A stretch of DNA of 64,000 bases from Gemmatimonadota bacterium (GTDB taxonomy: Bacteria; Gemmatimonadota; Gemmatimonadetes; Gemmatimonadales; GWC2-71-9). The DNA is taken from contig JADKJZ010000014.1 of NCBI GenBank assembly GCA_016720805.1, positions 516,904 through 580,903 of the forward strand, written 5' to 3'. A program made the position numbers and the translations under genes. Positions 17,943 to 28,009 of the stretch are shown in pieces. The notes under the pieces are model-generated. The model was not told where the DNA came from and searched no databases. It saw only the letters and a list, made by a program, of their open reading frames with translations. Positions within the stretch are counted from its first letter, which is position 1. Every line of letters starts with the position of its first letter.

Positions 17943-19255
17943 GGCGTCCCTCCGGCGGTCGCGTCGGTCAGCAGGTCGGCGAGTTGCGAGGCGAGCTGCC
18001 GGCGTTCGAACCGCGCACCGGCGTCGGCCGTCGGGGCGGCCGGCGGCCCCTCCTCCACCAGCCGTCGGAGCCAGCCGGTGATGCCCGCGACATCGGACGG
18101 AAGGTAGTGCCCCCCTGACTGGGCGCCACGCACCAGGGCGGCGATCTCTCCCTCCGGCATCACGGCGAGGATCGGCCGTTGCACGGCGAGGTACTCGAAG
18201 ACCTTGGCCGGCGCGACCCGCTCGGCCCCCGGGAGGTCGCTCAAGAGGAGCAGCAGGGCATCAGCCGACTGCATGGTGGCGAGGGCGATGGCGTGGTCGC
18301 AGTAGGGAATGTCGGCCAGGGTGACGCCGAGCGACGCGAGTGGCGCCAGCAGCGCCTGTTGTTCCGGCGTCTTTCGTCCGACCACCACGAGCTCGAGTCG
18401 GTCGCGGAACTCCGGGGCCCCGGTCACCAACTGTTCAATCGCGCTGATGAGCGGGGCGATCGAGGTGAGGTTCCAGAGCGTGCCGGTGTAGACCAAGCGG
18501 ATGCGTCCGGGGATGCGCGGCGTCGCCGGTGCGACCGTGGCCGCGACCGCCAGGTCATGCGCGTCCCAGCCATTGTAGATGCAGTGCGCAGTGGCCGCCG
18601 AGCCGGCCTCGCGGGCGCGCTCGGCGAGACGCGCGGTACTGGCGGCCGTGGTGGCGATGATCGTCCGGCTCCGTCGCAGCACGGCGCGCTGCATCCGCTG
18701 TTGCACCGCCATCACGAGGCCACCCTGCGCCGCGTTCTCCCAATAGGTGCTGCTGATGTCCCATTCGTCGCGAAAATCACTTAGCAGCGGCAGCCCGCTC
18801 CACCGCGCGAGACGGGCACCGACGAGCAGATTGGAGTAGCTCGGAGCGGTGGCGAGAATCGCATCGTGGGGCAGGCGACGCAGCAGCGCGCGCCCTTGGC
18901 GTATCGCGTCGGGATACCAGAGAATCTGGGGGTCAGGTTGCAGCACCGTGCTGGCGACGCGCCGGAGCAGCGACGGGCGCGTGGCGGCGGTCGACGACGG
19001 CGCGCTGATGCCGGTGGCCTGCTTGGCGGCGTACGATGGCTCGAGTGTGCGCGCGGTGGTGATGACGAGGTCGGGCGGAAGGTCGGCCAGGAGCGTCGGG
19101 TCGAGGAGTGGCACCGACGGGTTGGCCGCCTGGAGCACCGAGACATCCCAGCCAAAGTCGGGGAGGTAGCGTGCGAACTTCGCCGGCCGCTGGACGCCGG
19201 CACCGCCGACCGGCGGGAAGTGGTACGAGACGAGGAGGACGCGCCGTCGACCCAC
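17939..19255 (-). CDS. Glycosyltransferase family 4
   Basis: MGRRRVLLVSYHFPPVGGAGVQRPAKFARYL N-terminus, typical of GT4. 438 aa. Confidence 0.75.
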   Translation of the reverse strand: MGRRRVLLVSYHFPPVGGAGVQRPAKFARYLPDFGWDVSVLQAANPSVPLLDPTLLADLPPDLVITTARTLEPSYAAKQATGISAPSSTAATRPSLLRRVASTVLQPDPQILWYPDAIRQGRALLRRLPHDAILATAPSYSNLLVGARLARWSGLPLLSDFRDEWDISSTYWENAAQGGLVMAVQQRMQRAVLRRSRTIIATTAASTARLAERAREAGSAATAHCIYNGWDAHDLAVAATVAPATPRIPGRIRLVYTGTLWNLTSIAPLISAIEQLVTGAPEFRDRLELVVVGRKTPEQQALLAPLASLGVTLADIPYCDHAIALATMQSADALLLLLSDLPGAERVAPAKVFEYLAVQRPILAVMPEGEIAALVRGAQSGGHYLPSDVAGITGWLRRLVEEGPPAAPTADAGARFERRQLASQLADLLTDATAGGTP

Positions 19256-19262
19256 CCCCCCC

Positions 19263-19904
19263 TCAGAGCGGAGGCAGGATGCGATTCACGTCCGCGACCA
19301 GCGGCATGGCCGCGGCCCGTGCCACCGCGTCGGCCGCCGCGACATCGCGCGAGTCGACCTGGACGAAGATCCGCACCAGCGCTTCCTCGGTGCGACCGTG
19401 CACCGCGGCGTCGCGCAGCAGGTCAAACTTCACGCGGAATTCGTCATGGGCCACACGGCCCCGCCCTTGATACCAGTAGTAGACGATCGCCGACTTTCCT
19501 TCGCGGACCAGCAGCCACCGGTTCACCGTCACCGGGCCCGCCGTGGTCTGGAGCACCACGGCCTGCGACTCCACCGGCTCCCATCCCGCCCCCGGAAGGC
19601 AGTTCTTGGGGGAGTGGATGCTCTTCCCCTGTCGCTGCTCGTCGTAGTAGGAGACGAAGATCGAGTAGGCCGGTTGATTGGCGGGCTCGTATCCCCGGAG
19701 AATGAACGCGGTCATCCCGGCGACCCGTTGTTCTTCGGGGGTGATCGGAATGTCGGTCCCCGTGGACCCCAGCGACGTGACGGCGACCGAGGCGATCGGC
19801 GCGGCCAGCGGCGTGGAGGTCGCGCGGCGTGCGAGCAGGGTGGCGTTGAGCAGGCACCCCACCGTCAGAAGCGTCCCCGGCACCCATCGTTGCCATTCAC
19901 GCAT
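19263..19904 (-). CDS. EpsI family exosortase-associated protein
   Basis: Hallmark HSPKNCLPGAGW motif with an N-terminal anchor helix. The ATG at 19904 overlaps the exosortase stop by 8 nt. Confidence 0.85.
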   Translation of the reverse strand: MREWQRWVPGTLLTVGCLLNATLLARRATSTPLAAPIASVAVTSLGSTGTDIPITPEEQRVAGMTAFILRGYEPANQPAYSIFVSYYDEQRQGKSIHSPKNCLPGAGWEPVESQAVVLQTTAGPVTVNRWLLVREGKSAIVYYWYQGRGRVAHDEFRVKFDLLRDAAVHGRTEEALVRIFVQVDSRDVAAADAVARAAAMPLVADVNRILPPL

Positions 19905-20820
19905 GCGCGGTCCTCCAGCGGTGGATCGTCCGCTCCCCGTAGCCGACGATGGCGCCAAGCGCGCCGATTGCGGCAAACGAGACGACGAAGAGCGCCCATC
20001 CCTGGCTTTCGTGCATGAAGCCGCGACCAAGGTCGGGGTCGACGAAGTACATCAGGAAGGCGGTGAGGAAGATGCGCACGGCGTTGACCGCGACTGCCAC
20101 CGGAATCGCCAGCAGCAACAGCAGGACGCGGGCACTGACGGTGCGGAGATACATCCCGCCAATCATCACGCCGAGCGCGAGCAGGGCCGTGAGGGAGCGG
20201 AGCCCGCTGCACGCCTCGGCGACGAAGAGACGGAAGGTCTCGCCCGGCATCTGGCCCGCGATCTCGATCACGTTGCCCTTCATCCGCACCGGGATGTGGC
20301 GCATCTCGATCAACATCGTGCCGTACTTCGACGCGCGGAACTGCAGCGGCATGGCCAGCTTGTTCGTGATCAACGCCGGCAGGGGAATCGAGAGCAGCAG
20401 GAGCGAGAACGGCAGCCACCAGTGGCGCACTTGCCGCCAGCCGAAGGCGAACACCGTCACCCCGACCAGGGCAAGGAGGATGGAGAAGCGCTGCGTGAAG
20501 AACTCGGCGGCGAGCGAGCCGAGGGCGCGCAGGAGGACGGCGCCGAGCAGCAGGATCGTGCCCCAGGTTGGTGAGGGCCTCGCATCCGTTCGCAGGCCTG
20601 CCTTCCACGCCAACCAGAGTGCGACCGGGGTCAGCAACAGGCCGTGACCGGCATCCGGATCGACCCACCAGTCGCGCGCGAGACCACGGGCCGGGCTGGC
20701 GAAGAGGACCACAAACGCCGCCGCGGCGAGCAGCCAGGGCAGCGCGCGACGGACCGTCCATTCCCCGCGCGCCACGTCGGCGAGCGGCCGAATCGCGACG
20801 TCGACGGTGGGAGCTACCAT
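19897..20820 (-). CDS. Exosortase (EpsH/Xrt family transpeptidase)
   Basis: 307 aa and polytopic. Catalytic-Cys motif FVAEACSGLRSL. An EpsI gene lies immediately downstream. Confidence 0.9.
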   Translation of the reverse strand: MVAPTVDVAIRPLADVARGEWTVRRALPWLLAAAAFVVLFASPARGLARDWWVDPDAGHGLLLTPVALWLAWKAGLRTDARPSPTWGTILLLGAVLLRALGSLAAEFFTQRFSILLALVGVTVFAFGWRQVRHWWLPFSLLLLSIPLPALITNKLAMPLQFRASKYGTMLIEMRHIPVRMKGNVIEIAGQMPGETFRLFVAEACSGLRSLTALLALGVMIGGMYLRTVSARVLLLLLAIPVAVAVNAVRIFLTAFLMYFVDPDLGRGFMHESQGWALFVVSFAAIGALGAIVGYGERTIHRWRTAHA

Positions 20821-21569
20821 CCGCCCTTCCGGAAGAGCATGACGGGGATCGTCTTGAGCATGATCGTGAGATCCTGCCAGACACTCCGCGTCGCGATGTA
20901 CTCGAGGTCGTGCTCGACCTTCCGCTTGACGTCCTCGACCGAGGTGTCGTACTGCAGGTGGACCTGCGCGTGCCCGGTGATGCCGGGCCGCACGCGCTGG
21001 CGGTGGTGATAGTTCGGGATCTGCTCGCGCAACTCGCTGAACAGCTGGGGCCGCTCGGGACGCGGGCCCACCAGGTTCATGTCGCCCTTGATGACATTGA
21101 GCAGCTGCGGCAGCTCATCGAGACGGCAACTGCGCAGGAAGCCGCCGATCGCGGTGACCCGCTGATCGTTCGCCTTGGCCCAGACCGCCTGACCATGTCG
21201 CTCGGCGTCGACGGTCATCGTGCGGAACTTCCAGATGGTGAACGGCCGCCCACCGATGTCCTCGCGACGCCGCGAATCGTGACGGTGGGGGCGCAGCGCC
21301 CGCGCATCGAGTCCGACGCGGGTCTGGCTGTAGAACACCGGACCCCGCGAGGTGAGCCGGATGGCGAGGGCGATCAGCAGCCAGAGCGGCAGCGTGACGA
21401 TCAACCCGATCGTCGCCGCGGTGACGTTCAACGCGCGGATCAGCCGCTCATCCTGCCAGACCGACTCCTCCGCCGCCTCGGAAAGGGCGTCGGAATCGGT
21501 TCCTGATTGGTCGAGTCGCGGATCGTCCACGTGTGCCATGAGGCGAGAGGTTGGGCTGGCCATTGCCAA
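20814..21569 (-). CDS. Undecaprenyl-phosphate sugar phosphotransferase (bacterial sugar transferase family; initiating enzyme)
   Basis: Motifs [41 protein letters not shown] and PGITGHAQV. Confidence 0.9.
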   Translation of the reverse strand: MAMASPTSRLMAHVDDPRLDQSGTDSDALSEAAEESVWQDERLIRALNVTAATIGLIVTLPLWLLIALAIRLTSRGPVFYSQTRVGLDARALRPHRHDSRRREDIGGRPFTIWKFRTMTVDAERHGQAVWAKANDQRVTAIGGFLRSCRLDELPQLLNVIKGDMNLVGPRPERPQLFSELREQIPNYHHRQRVRPGITGHAQVHLQYDTSVEDVKRKVEHDLEYIATRSVWQDLTIMLKTIPVMLFRKGGW

Positions 21570-22370
21570 TTAGAAGATCTGGATGCCGAGCCAAATGACC
21601 GAGGTCACGGCGCTCAGGGCGCCCATGATTCGGAAGAAGGTGCCTCCCGCCGGCTTCGTGGCCACATCGATCACGTCGCCGGCCTGCAGGTTCAGCTGGT
21701 CGATCGTGGTGGCGGTGTTGACGGCGTCCCGGAATTCCGGCCCGTCCACCACGATCTTGTCGCCGCGCTTGATCTTCGACTTCTCCCAGCGGACGTTGTT
21801 GGACGGTCCGCCCGCGAACTGCTGGATGACATCGCTCAGCAGCGTCGTCGCCGGAGGGGTGACGAAGCCGGGCTTGCCCACCGCACCGAAGACCGAGATG
21901 CGAATGGTGGGCACGACGCGCACCGTCGGGTCGCGGACCAGCTTCTTCAGCTGGGTGGTCAGATAATCCTGGAGCTCGGAACGCAGGATGCCGGCGACGG
22001 AGATCTCGATCGCGCCCGGCAGTGCGATGGTGCGCGTCGACGAGACCTGATAGAGGTTCGAGATCGAGGAGACCTCGGCCACGTCGAGGCGGATCAGGTC
22101 GCCGACCCGAAGGTCACCCTGGGACAGCCGTTCACGGATGGCGTCGGCCTGCGCCTGCTTCGCGGTCCGGAGGGCGGCGCTGTACCCGCTCCCCGCCAAG
22201 TTCTGCTCGATTTCCTTCAGCGCGCTCTCCAACTCACTGCGCGTGACCATGGCTCGCTCGGCGTTGACCATCACCGGCACGGTGGGCTGTTGGGCCCGAG
22301 CCGGCACAGTGATCATGGCTGCCACCAGCGCGGCACCGAGGAGTTCACGAATTGCGGTCCACTTGCGCAC
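21570..22370 (-). CDS. Polysaccharide export protein (Wza/EpsE-like, Poly_export plus SLBB)
   Basis: GTG start at 22370 with GGAG 7 nt upstream. Signal peptide VRKWTAIRELLGAALVAAMITVPARA-QQ. SLBB-like segments (VSVFGAVGKPG, LQAGDVIDV). Confidence 0.8.
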   Translation of the reverse strand: MRKWTAIRELLGAALVAAMITVPARAQQPTVPVMVNAERAMVTRSELESALKEIEQNLAGSGYSAALRTAKQAQADAIRERLSQGDLRVGDLIRLDVAEVSSISNLYQVSSTRTIALPGAIEISVAGILRSELQDYLTTQLKKLVRDPTVRVVPTIRISVFGAVGKPGFVTPPATTLLSDVIQQFAGGPSNNVRWEKSKIKRGDKIVVDGPEFRDAVNTATTIDQLNLQAGDVIDVATKPAGGTFFRIMGALSAVTSVIWLGIQIF

Positions 22371-22475
22371 GTTGCGCTCCGTTGGGTTGGTCCGGCGAGT
22401 CGACCACAGGCGGCCGCCTACCAGACTGGTCACTAGCGGTCGGGGTGACGTCCCAACCGGTCGCAGCAGGACAGA

Positions 22476-22490
22476 GCAAGTTCCCGGCCA
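22476..22490 (-). promoter_or_regulatory. Candidate sigma-54 promoter (minus strand TGGCCGGGAACTTGC)
   Basis: The plus strand reads GCAAGTTCCCGGCCA. GG-N10-GC spacing is exact and the -12 element is TTGCT. It lies about 105 nt upstream of the exporter GTG, at the head of the operon running 22370 to 17409. Confidence 0.5.
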
Positions 22491-22796
22491 AGGCGTCGAT
22501 TCTGCACCCCGACGCCTCAGGCCGCTGTGGGAAGCCCACCACGCCCCCAACTGCCCTCCAAAGCTACCCAATGGCTTCGGCAAAGACATTGCAGAAGGAA
22601 GCAGGGGATTCTGCCCTCGGGCGGGGCCTTGACGCTGTGCAATTAGTCTAAGTTGTTGAAATACAATGATTTATCACTGCGGCGGCGGCCCAGGCATTTC
22701 GGCCGGTCGATCACAGAATCGTGACGGATTGCCACGCATTGTTGCACGTTCGCAACAGTCGGCCTCTCGAATGGTCCTTACCACGGAAGCGCCCCC

Positions 22797-23642
22797 TTGA
22801 GCCTTGATCGTGCGCCGATTGCGAAGCACTCGCCTGTTGTGCTGATCGCGAACGACCAGGAATGGACCGCCCGGGCCGTCGAGAGCATCCTGGTGGCCAA
22901 CGGCTATCGGACCCATCGGGCCCACACCGCCGCCGAGACGCTGGCGATGGCCGACCGGCTCGATCCCGACCTCGTCATCCTCGACCAGCAACTCCCGGAC
23001 TTCCCCGGCACCGAAGTGTGCCGTCGGCTCCGCGCCGACCAGTCGTTCGGGCCGTCGCTTCCGATCATGATCACCACCGCCGGCCCCTCCGGCCGGCAGC
23101 AGCGGATGGCGGCGTACGAGGCCGGGGCGTGGGAGTTCTACGGCCAGCCCCTCGACGCCGAGGCGCTGCTCCAGAAGCTCGCCGTCTATTGCTCGGCCTA
23201 CGGCGAGGTGCGCCAGTTGCGGAGTGACGCCCTCATCGACGCCGAATCGGGGCTCTACACCCGCCCCGGGTTGACCCGGCGCGCCACCGAGTTGCTCGGG
23301 GAAGCGCGGCGGCACCAGCGCGAGCTCAGCTGTGTCGTCTGGGATATTCCTCGCCGCCTCGATCCCATCCAGGCCTCGAACCTCGGCTCTGGGTTGCGTC
23401 GCCAGGGACGCGCCGCCGATGCCTTCGGCCGGATTGCCCACGACCGTTTCGCCGTGGTGGCGCCCGGGGCGTCCCAGCAGGGTGTGGAGCGACTAGTCGA
23501 ACGCTTCGCGAACGTCTTCCGCGAGTCGCTCGCCGACGGCACCCTCGACATTCCCGCGACCGTCATCACGACCAGTCACGAATCGCTGCCGAGCGATGGC
23601 GTCGAACTGCTGGAGCTGCTCAGCCCGGCGATGGCGGCGTGA
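22797..23642 (+). CDS. Response regulator: REC domain fused to a degenerate GGDEF domain
   Basis: REC motifs (VVLIANDQ.., DLVILDQQLPDFPG). The GGDEF-like region begins DAESGLYTRPGL, with GGDEF replaced by AHDRF and RAAD located 5 residues upstream. Start codon uncertain (TTG at 22797). Confidence 0.7.
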   Translation: MSLDRAPIAKHSPVVLIANDQEWTARAVESILVANGYRTHRAHTAAETLAMADRLDPDLVILDQQLPDFPGTEVCRRLRADQSFGPSLPIMITTAGPSGRQQRMAAYEAGAWEFYGQPLDAEALLQKLAVYCSAYGEVRQLRSDALIDAESGLYTRPGLTRRATELLGEARRHQRELSCVVWDIPRRLDPIQASNLGSGLRRQGRAADAFGRIAHDRFAVVAPGASQQGVERLVERFANVFRESLADGTLDIPATVITTSHESLPSDGVELLELLSPAMAA

Positions 23643-23776
23643 TTAGGTGCTAGTCGTTGGTCGTTAGTTGTTAGGTGGCAATGAGCGAAGGGTGAAATGG
23701 GGCCGAAATCGGCGACCATTTCACCCTTTTTCTCGTAGCCTGTAGTGACCAACAACTAAGGACTAACGACTCACGA
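23643..23776. repeat. Nested hairpin element: heptamer-periodic outer arms (TAGTCGT/TGGTCGT/TAGTTGT) around an intrinsic-terminator-like inner stem
   Basis: The inner stem AAGGGTGAAATGG (23688-23700) pairs with CCATTTCACCCTT (23716-23728) and is followed by a T-tract. The outer left arm 23651-23678 is about 80 percent complementary to 23742-23770. The element abuts both convergent stop codons. Confidence 0.8.
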
Positions 23777-26224
23777 GGTCGTCGCCGGCAACTTGCCCAC
23801 ATCCTCGCCTTCATCCGTCGCGCCGTAGCCGTAGCTGTACGAGTAGTACTTGTACTCCGAGGCGCTGGAGCGCACATCGTTGAGCACCGCGCCAATGAGG
23901 CGGATCGGCAGCTGGTCGACGATCTGCAGCTTCGCCTCGGCGAGGTCGCGTTCCGTCGCGCCCGAGCGCATCACCAGGATCATGTTGCCGGTGAGGGTGC
24001 CGAGGACGAAGGGATCGATGCCGGCGCCGAGCGGCGGGGAGTCGACGATGACGACATCGTACGCCTCACGCATCGAGCTGATCAGCTCGCGCATCAGGAC
24101 ACCACCGAGCAGTTCGGGGCCGTTGCGCTTCCGGCTGCCTGCCGTGATCAGCGTGAGCATCGGATGTGAGGTCTTCCGGGTCAGCTGCGCCAGGTCCAGC
24201 TCGCCGGTCAGGTGGTCGAGCAACCCCGGGCGGCGCTCCTGGCCGAAGGTCCGGTGCAACTCGCCGCGGCGGGTGTCGCCATCGATCAGCAGTGTGCGGT
24301 AGCCCGACTCGGCGAACGAGAGTGCCAGATTCGAGGCCACCAATGACTTGCCGTCACCAGGCGACGGCGAGGAAATGGTGAGCACGCCGCGGCCCTCGCC
24401 CATGGTATGGGAGAGATTGAGGCGAATGGTGCGGAACGCTTCGATGACCTGCGCTGCTTCTTCTGCCGACGGCGTCTCGCCCTTGGCCCGGCGAATCTCC
24501 GGCACGACGCCGAGGATGGTAAGGCCGAGGCCGGAGGTGATCTGGTCGGCGTAGCGGACACGCTTGTCGGTGAGGTCGAGCAGGAACGCCAAGCCCAACC
24601 CGCCGGCGAGGCCAGCGAAGAGGCCGACCGCAATGATGACCGACTTCCGGTTCTTGGATGGGAGCAACGGGGCGACCGCCGGGTCATAGATCGAGAGATC
24701 GCTGAGGGCGCTCGCCTCGCGGAGCCGGGCGTTCTCGGAGCGGCCGGTCAGCGACTTGTAGGTCTCATCGGCAATGTCGACTTCCCGCTTGAGACGGTTC
24801 TCTTCGATCGTCCGGCTCGGAATTCCCTGCAACTCGCGACCGGCGTTGGCCACTTCGGAATCGAGGCGCGCGATGTCGCCGTCGAGGCGCCGGAGCACGG
24901 CCTGCGCGTAGGTCGGCAGCGTCTGCGAGCGGATCTCCCGGATGCGGCGGATCAACTCCGGCAGGTCGTAGACGGGGCCACCGGTGACGCCGCAGGCGCG
25001 GCAATCGTCCGAATATCCCTGCGCGCGCGCAGTCCGGAGCTGGGTTTCGTTGGAGACGAGGTCGCCCAGGACCTGCTTCAATTCGGTGCTGTTGTTGACC
25101 GAGGGGATGGTCAGGAAGAGGTCGACCGCGATCTCGCCACCCTGGGCCTTGGCAAGCGCCTCCTGCAGGTCGCGACGATCGCGGCGCAGCCCTTCGGCGG
25201 CCTCGCGCCGGGCAATGAAGGCCGTGTAGCCCTGCGGCGAGGTGCTGGAGAGACCCGGCGTGACCGGCAGTTCCATGCGCGGCTTGGTGATCGAGCCGGT
25301 CTGGAACGCCAGCAGCGCCTGCTCCGCGTTGCGCAGCCGGTCGTACGCACCGCGCAGCTGGGTGTCGACCACGCCGGCCTCGGCCGTCAGGTTGACCCGC
25401 TTCATCACCGCGGCGCGCGTCTCATACTCCTTCAGCAGGGCGTTCAGCGTCGCCGCCGTCTTCTCGGACTCCTGGCCCGACAGCGTCAGCAACACGAATC
25501 GCGCACCGCGGAAGTCGATGTTGACGCCCAGCCGGCTATTGATGTCTTCCGCCGCCTCGCGCTCCGTGATGGCGTCGAACTCGAACGTCTTCCCGTGCCA
25601 GCGCGGCAGGATCGTCGGGAGCCAGGCGAAGCCGAACTCCTTCCCGACCGAGTCGCCGACCACACCACGACTCTTCCGCGACGTCTTGAGCTGCGTCAAT
25701 TCCCAGCCCTTGCCGTCGGCACTGATCTTCATCTCGTACGCCCCGGGCGTGTAGGACGGCCCGATCTCAAGCCCGCTCAGGAGCGCCGCATCCGGGCCGC
25801 TCGGCCCGTTGGGGAGCGGCGGCCCGCCGAGCCGCTTCGGCCCGATCAGGTAGAGGTGCTGGGCCCGGGCGACGGGCTCGAGCGAGCGGTAGGATCGCAT
25901 GAACTTCTGCCACTGATCGCCACCCAGGACGGCGCCTGCCGAGATCGGCCCGTTGTCGCCGACCGGCATCGCCAGGAGCATCGAGGCCCGCACGACAAAG
26001 CTCTCCGGCCGCATCCGCGAGACCAGGAAGCCCCCGCCCAGGCCCAGCAGCGCCATCAGCAGCACCAGCCACTTGAAGCGCCGCAGGGTCGACAGGTACC
26101 GGGTGATCGGGGAGGTCCGGGGTCCGCCGCTGTTTCCGGTCAATGGCGAACCTGCGCCCAAGGCGCCGCCACCAGCGGGGAAGCTCGGCAAGTTGCCGGA
26201 GAGTGGGGTCAGCTGAGTGTTCAT
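23771..26224 (-). CDS. Fused chain-length determinant (Wzz/EpsF-like) and BY-type tyrosine autokinase (EpsG/Wzc-like)
   Basis: ATG at 26224. N-terminal TM (FKWLVLLMALLGLGGGFLV), a coiled periplasmic region and a second TM. Walker A motif SSPSPGDGKSLVASNLA. C-terminal Tyr cluster EYKYYSYSYGYG. Confidence 0.85.
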   Translation of the reverse strand: MNTQLTPLSGNLPSFPAGGGALGAGSPLTGNSGGPRTSPITRYLSTLRRFKWLVLLMALLGLGGGFLVSRMRPESFVVRASMLLAMPVGDNGPISAGAVLGGDQWQKFMRSYRSLEPVARAQHLYLIGPKRLGGPPLPNGPSGPDAALLSGLEIGPSYTPGAYEMKISADGKGWELTQLKTSRKSRGVVGDSVGKEFGFAWLPTILPRWHGKTFEFDAITEREAAEDINSRLGVNIDFRGARFVLLTLSGQESEKTAATLNALLKEYETRAAVMKRVNLTAEAGVVDTQLRGAYDRLRNAEQALLAFQTGSITKPRMELPVTPGLSSTSPQGYTAFIARREAAEGLRRDRRDLQEALAKAQGGEIAVDLFLTIPSVNNSTELKQVLGDLVSNETQLRTARAQGYSDDCRACGVTGGPVYDLPELIRRIREIRSQTLPTYAQAVLRRLDGDIARLDSEVANAGRELQGIPSRTIEENRLKREVDIADETYKSLTGRSENARLREASALSDLSIYDPAVAPLLPSKNRKSVIIAVGLFAGLAGGLGLAFLLDLTDKRVRYADQITSGLGLTILGVVPEIRRAKGETPSAEEAAQVIEAFRTIRLNLSHTMGEGRGVLTISSPSPGDGKSLVASNLALSFAESGYRTLLIDGDTRRGELHRTFGQERRPGLLDHLTGELDLAQLTRKTSHPMLTLITAGSRKRNGPELLGGVLMRELISSMREAYDVVIVDSPPLGAGIDPFVLGTLTGNMILVMRSGATERDLAEAKLQIVDQLPIRLIGAVLNDVRSSASEYKYYSYSYGYGATDEGEDVGKLPATTS

Positions 26225-26277
26225 AACGCCCGCAGAAAAGAGGGTCGAGCCACGTCGTGAGCCTAGTCGGGACCGCT

Positions 26278-26292
26278 GCGTTGCAACTGCCA
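26278..26292 (-). promoter_or_regulatory. Weak sigma-54-like site (minus strand TGGCAGTTGCAACGC)
   Basis: GG-N10-GC spacing fits, but the -12 element is ACGC rather than TTGC. It lies about 55 nt upstream of the kinase-gene ATG at 26224. Confidence 0.25.
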
Positions 26293-26445
26293 TACCGCGC
26301 CGCGGGGGTGGGGTGTGGAGTTGGTGACGCGACAATGTGTTGCGTCAGCACAACACTGTGGTGGTGCGCTCGCGAAACAGGTGATACGTTCAAACCACGG
26401 AATTGGCCAATGAGCGCCTGCGACGATGGACCCGTCCAACAGTCG

Positions 26446-26460
26446 CGGCACGCTTTCTGC
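26446..26460 (+). promoter_or_regulatory. Candidate sigma-54 promoter CGGCACGCTTTCTGC
   Basis: GGCACG matches the -24 core and GG-N10-GC spacing is exact. The -12 element is CTGC. It lies about 50 nt upstream of the regulator ATG at 26510. Confidence 0.4.
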
Positions 26461-26509
26461 CTCGGTGGTTGGGGAGTTCATCCTACGATTGCTTGAATCA
26501 GGAGTTACC

Positions 26510-27989
<1,480 letters not shown>

Positions 27990-28009
<20 letters not shown>

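Noticed and set aside
22729-22746. TTGCCACGCATTGTTGCA, which resembles TGGCACG-N4-TTGCA
   Set aside because: The -24 GG is GC here and the -12 element is displaced by one nucleotide, so there are two defects in the invariant positions.
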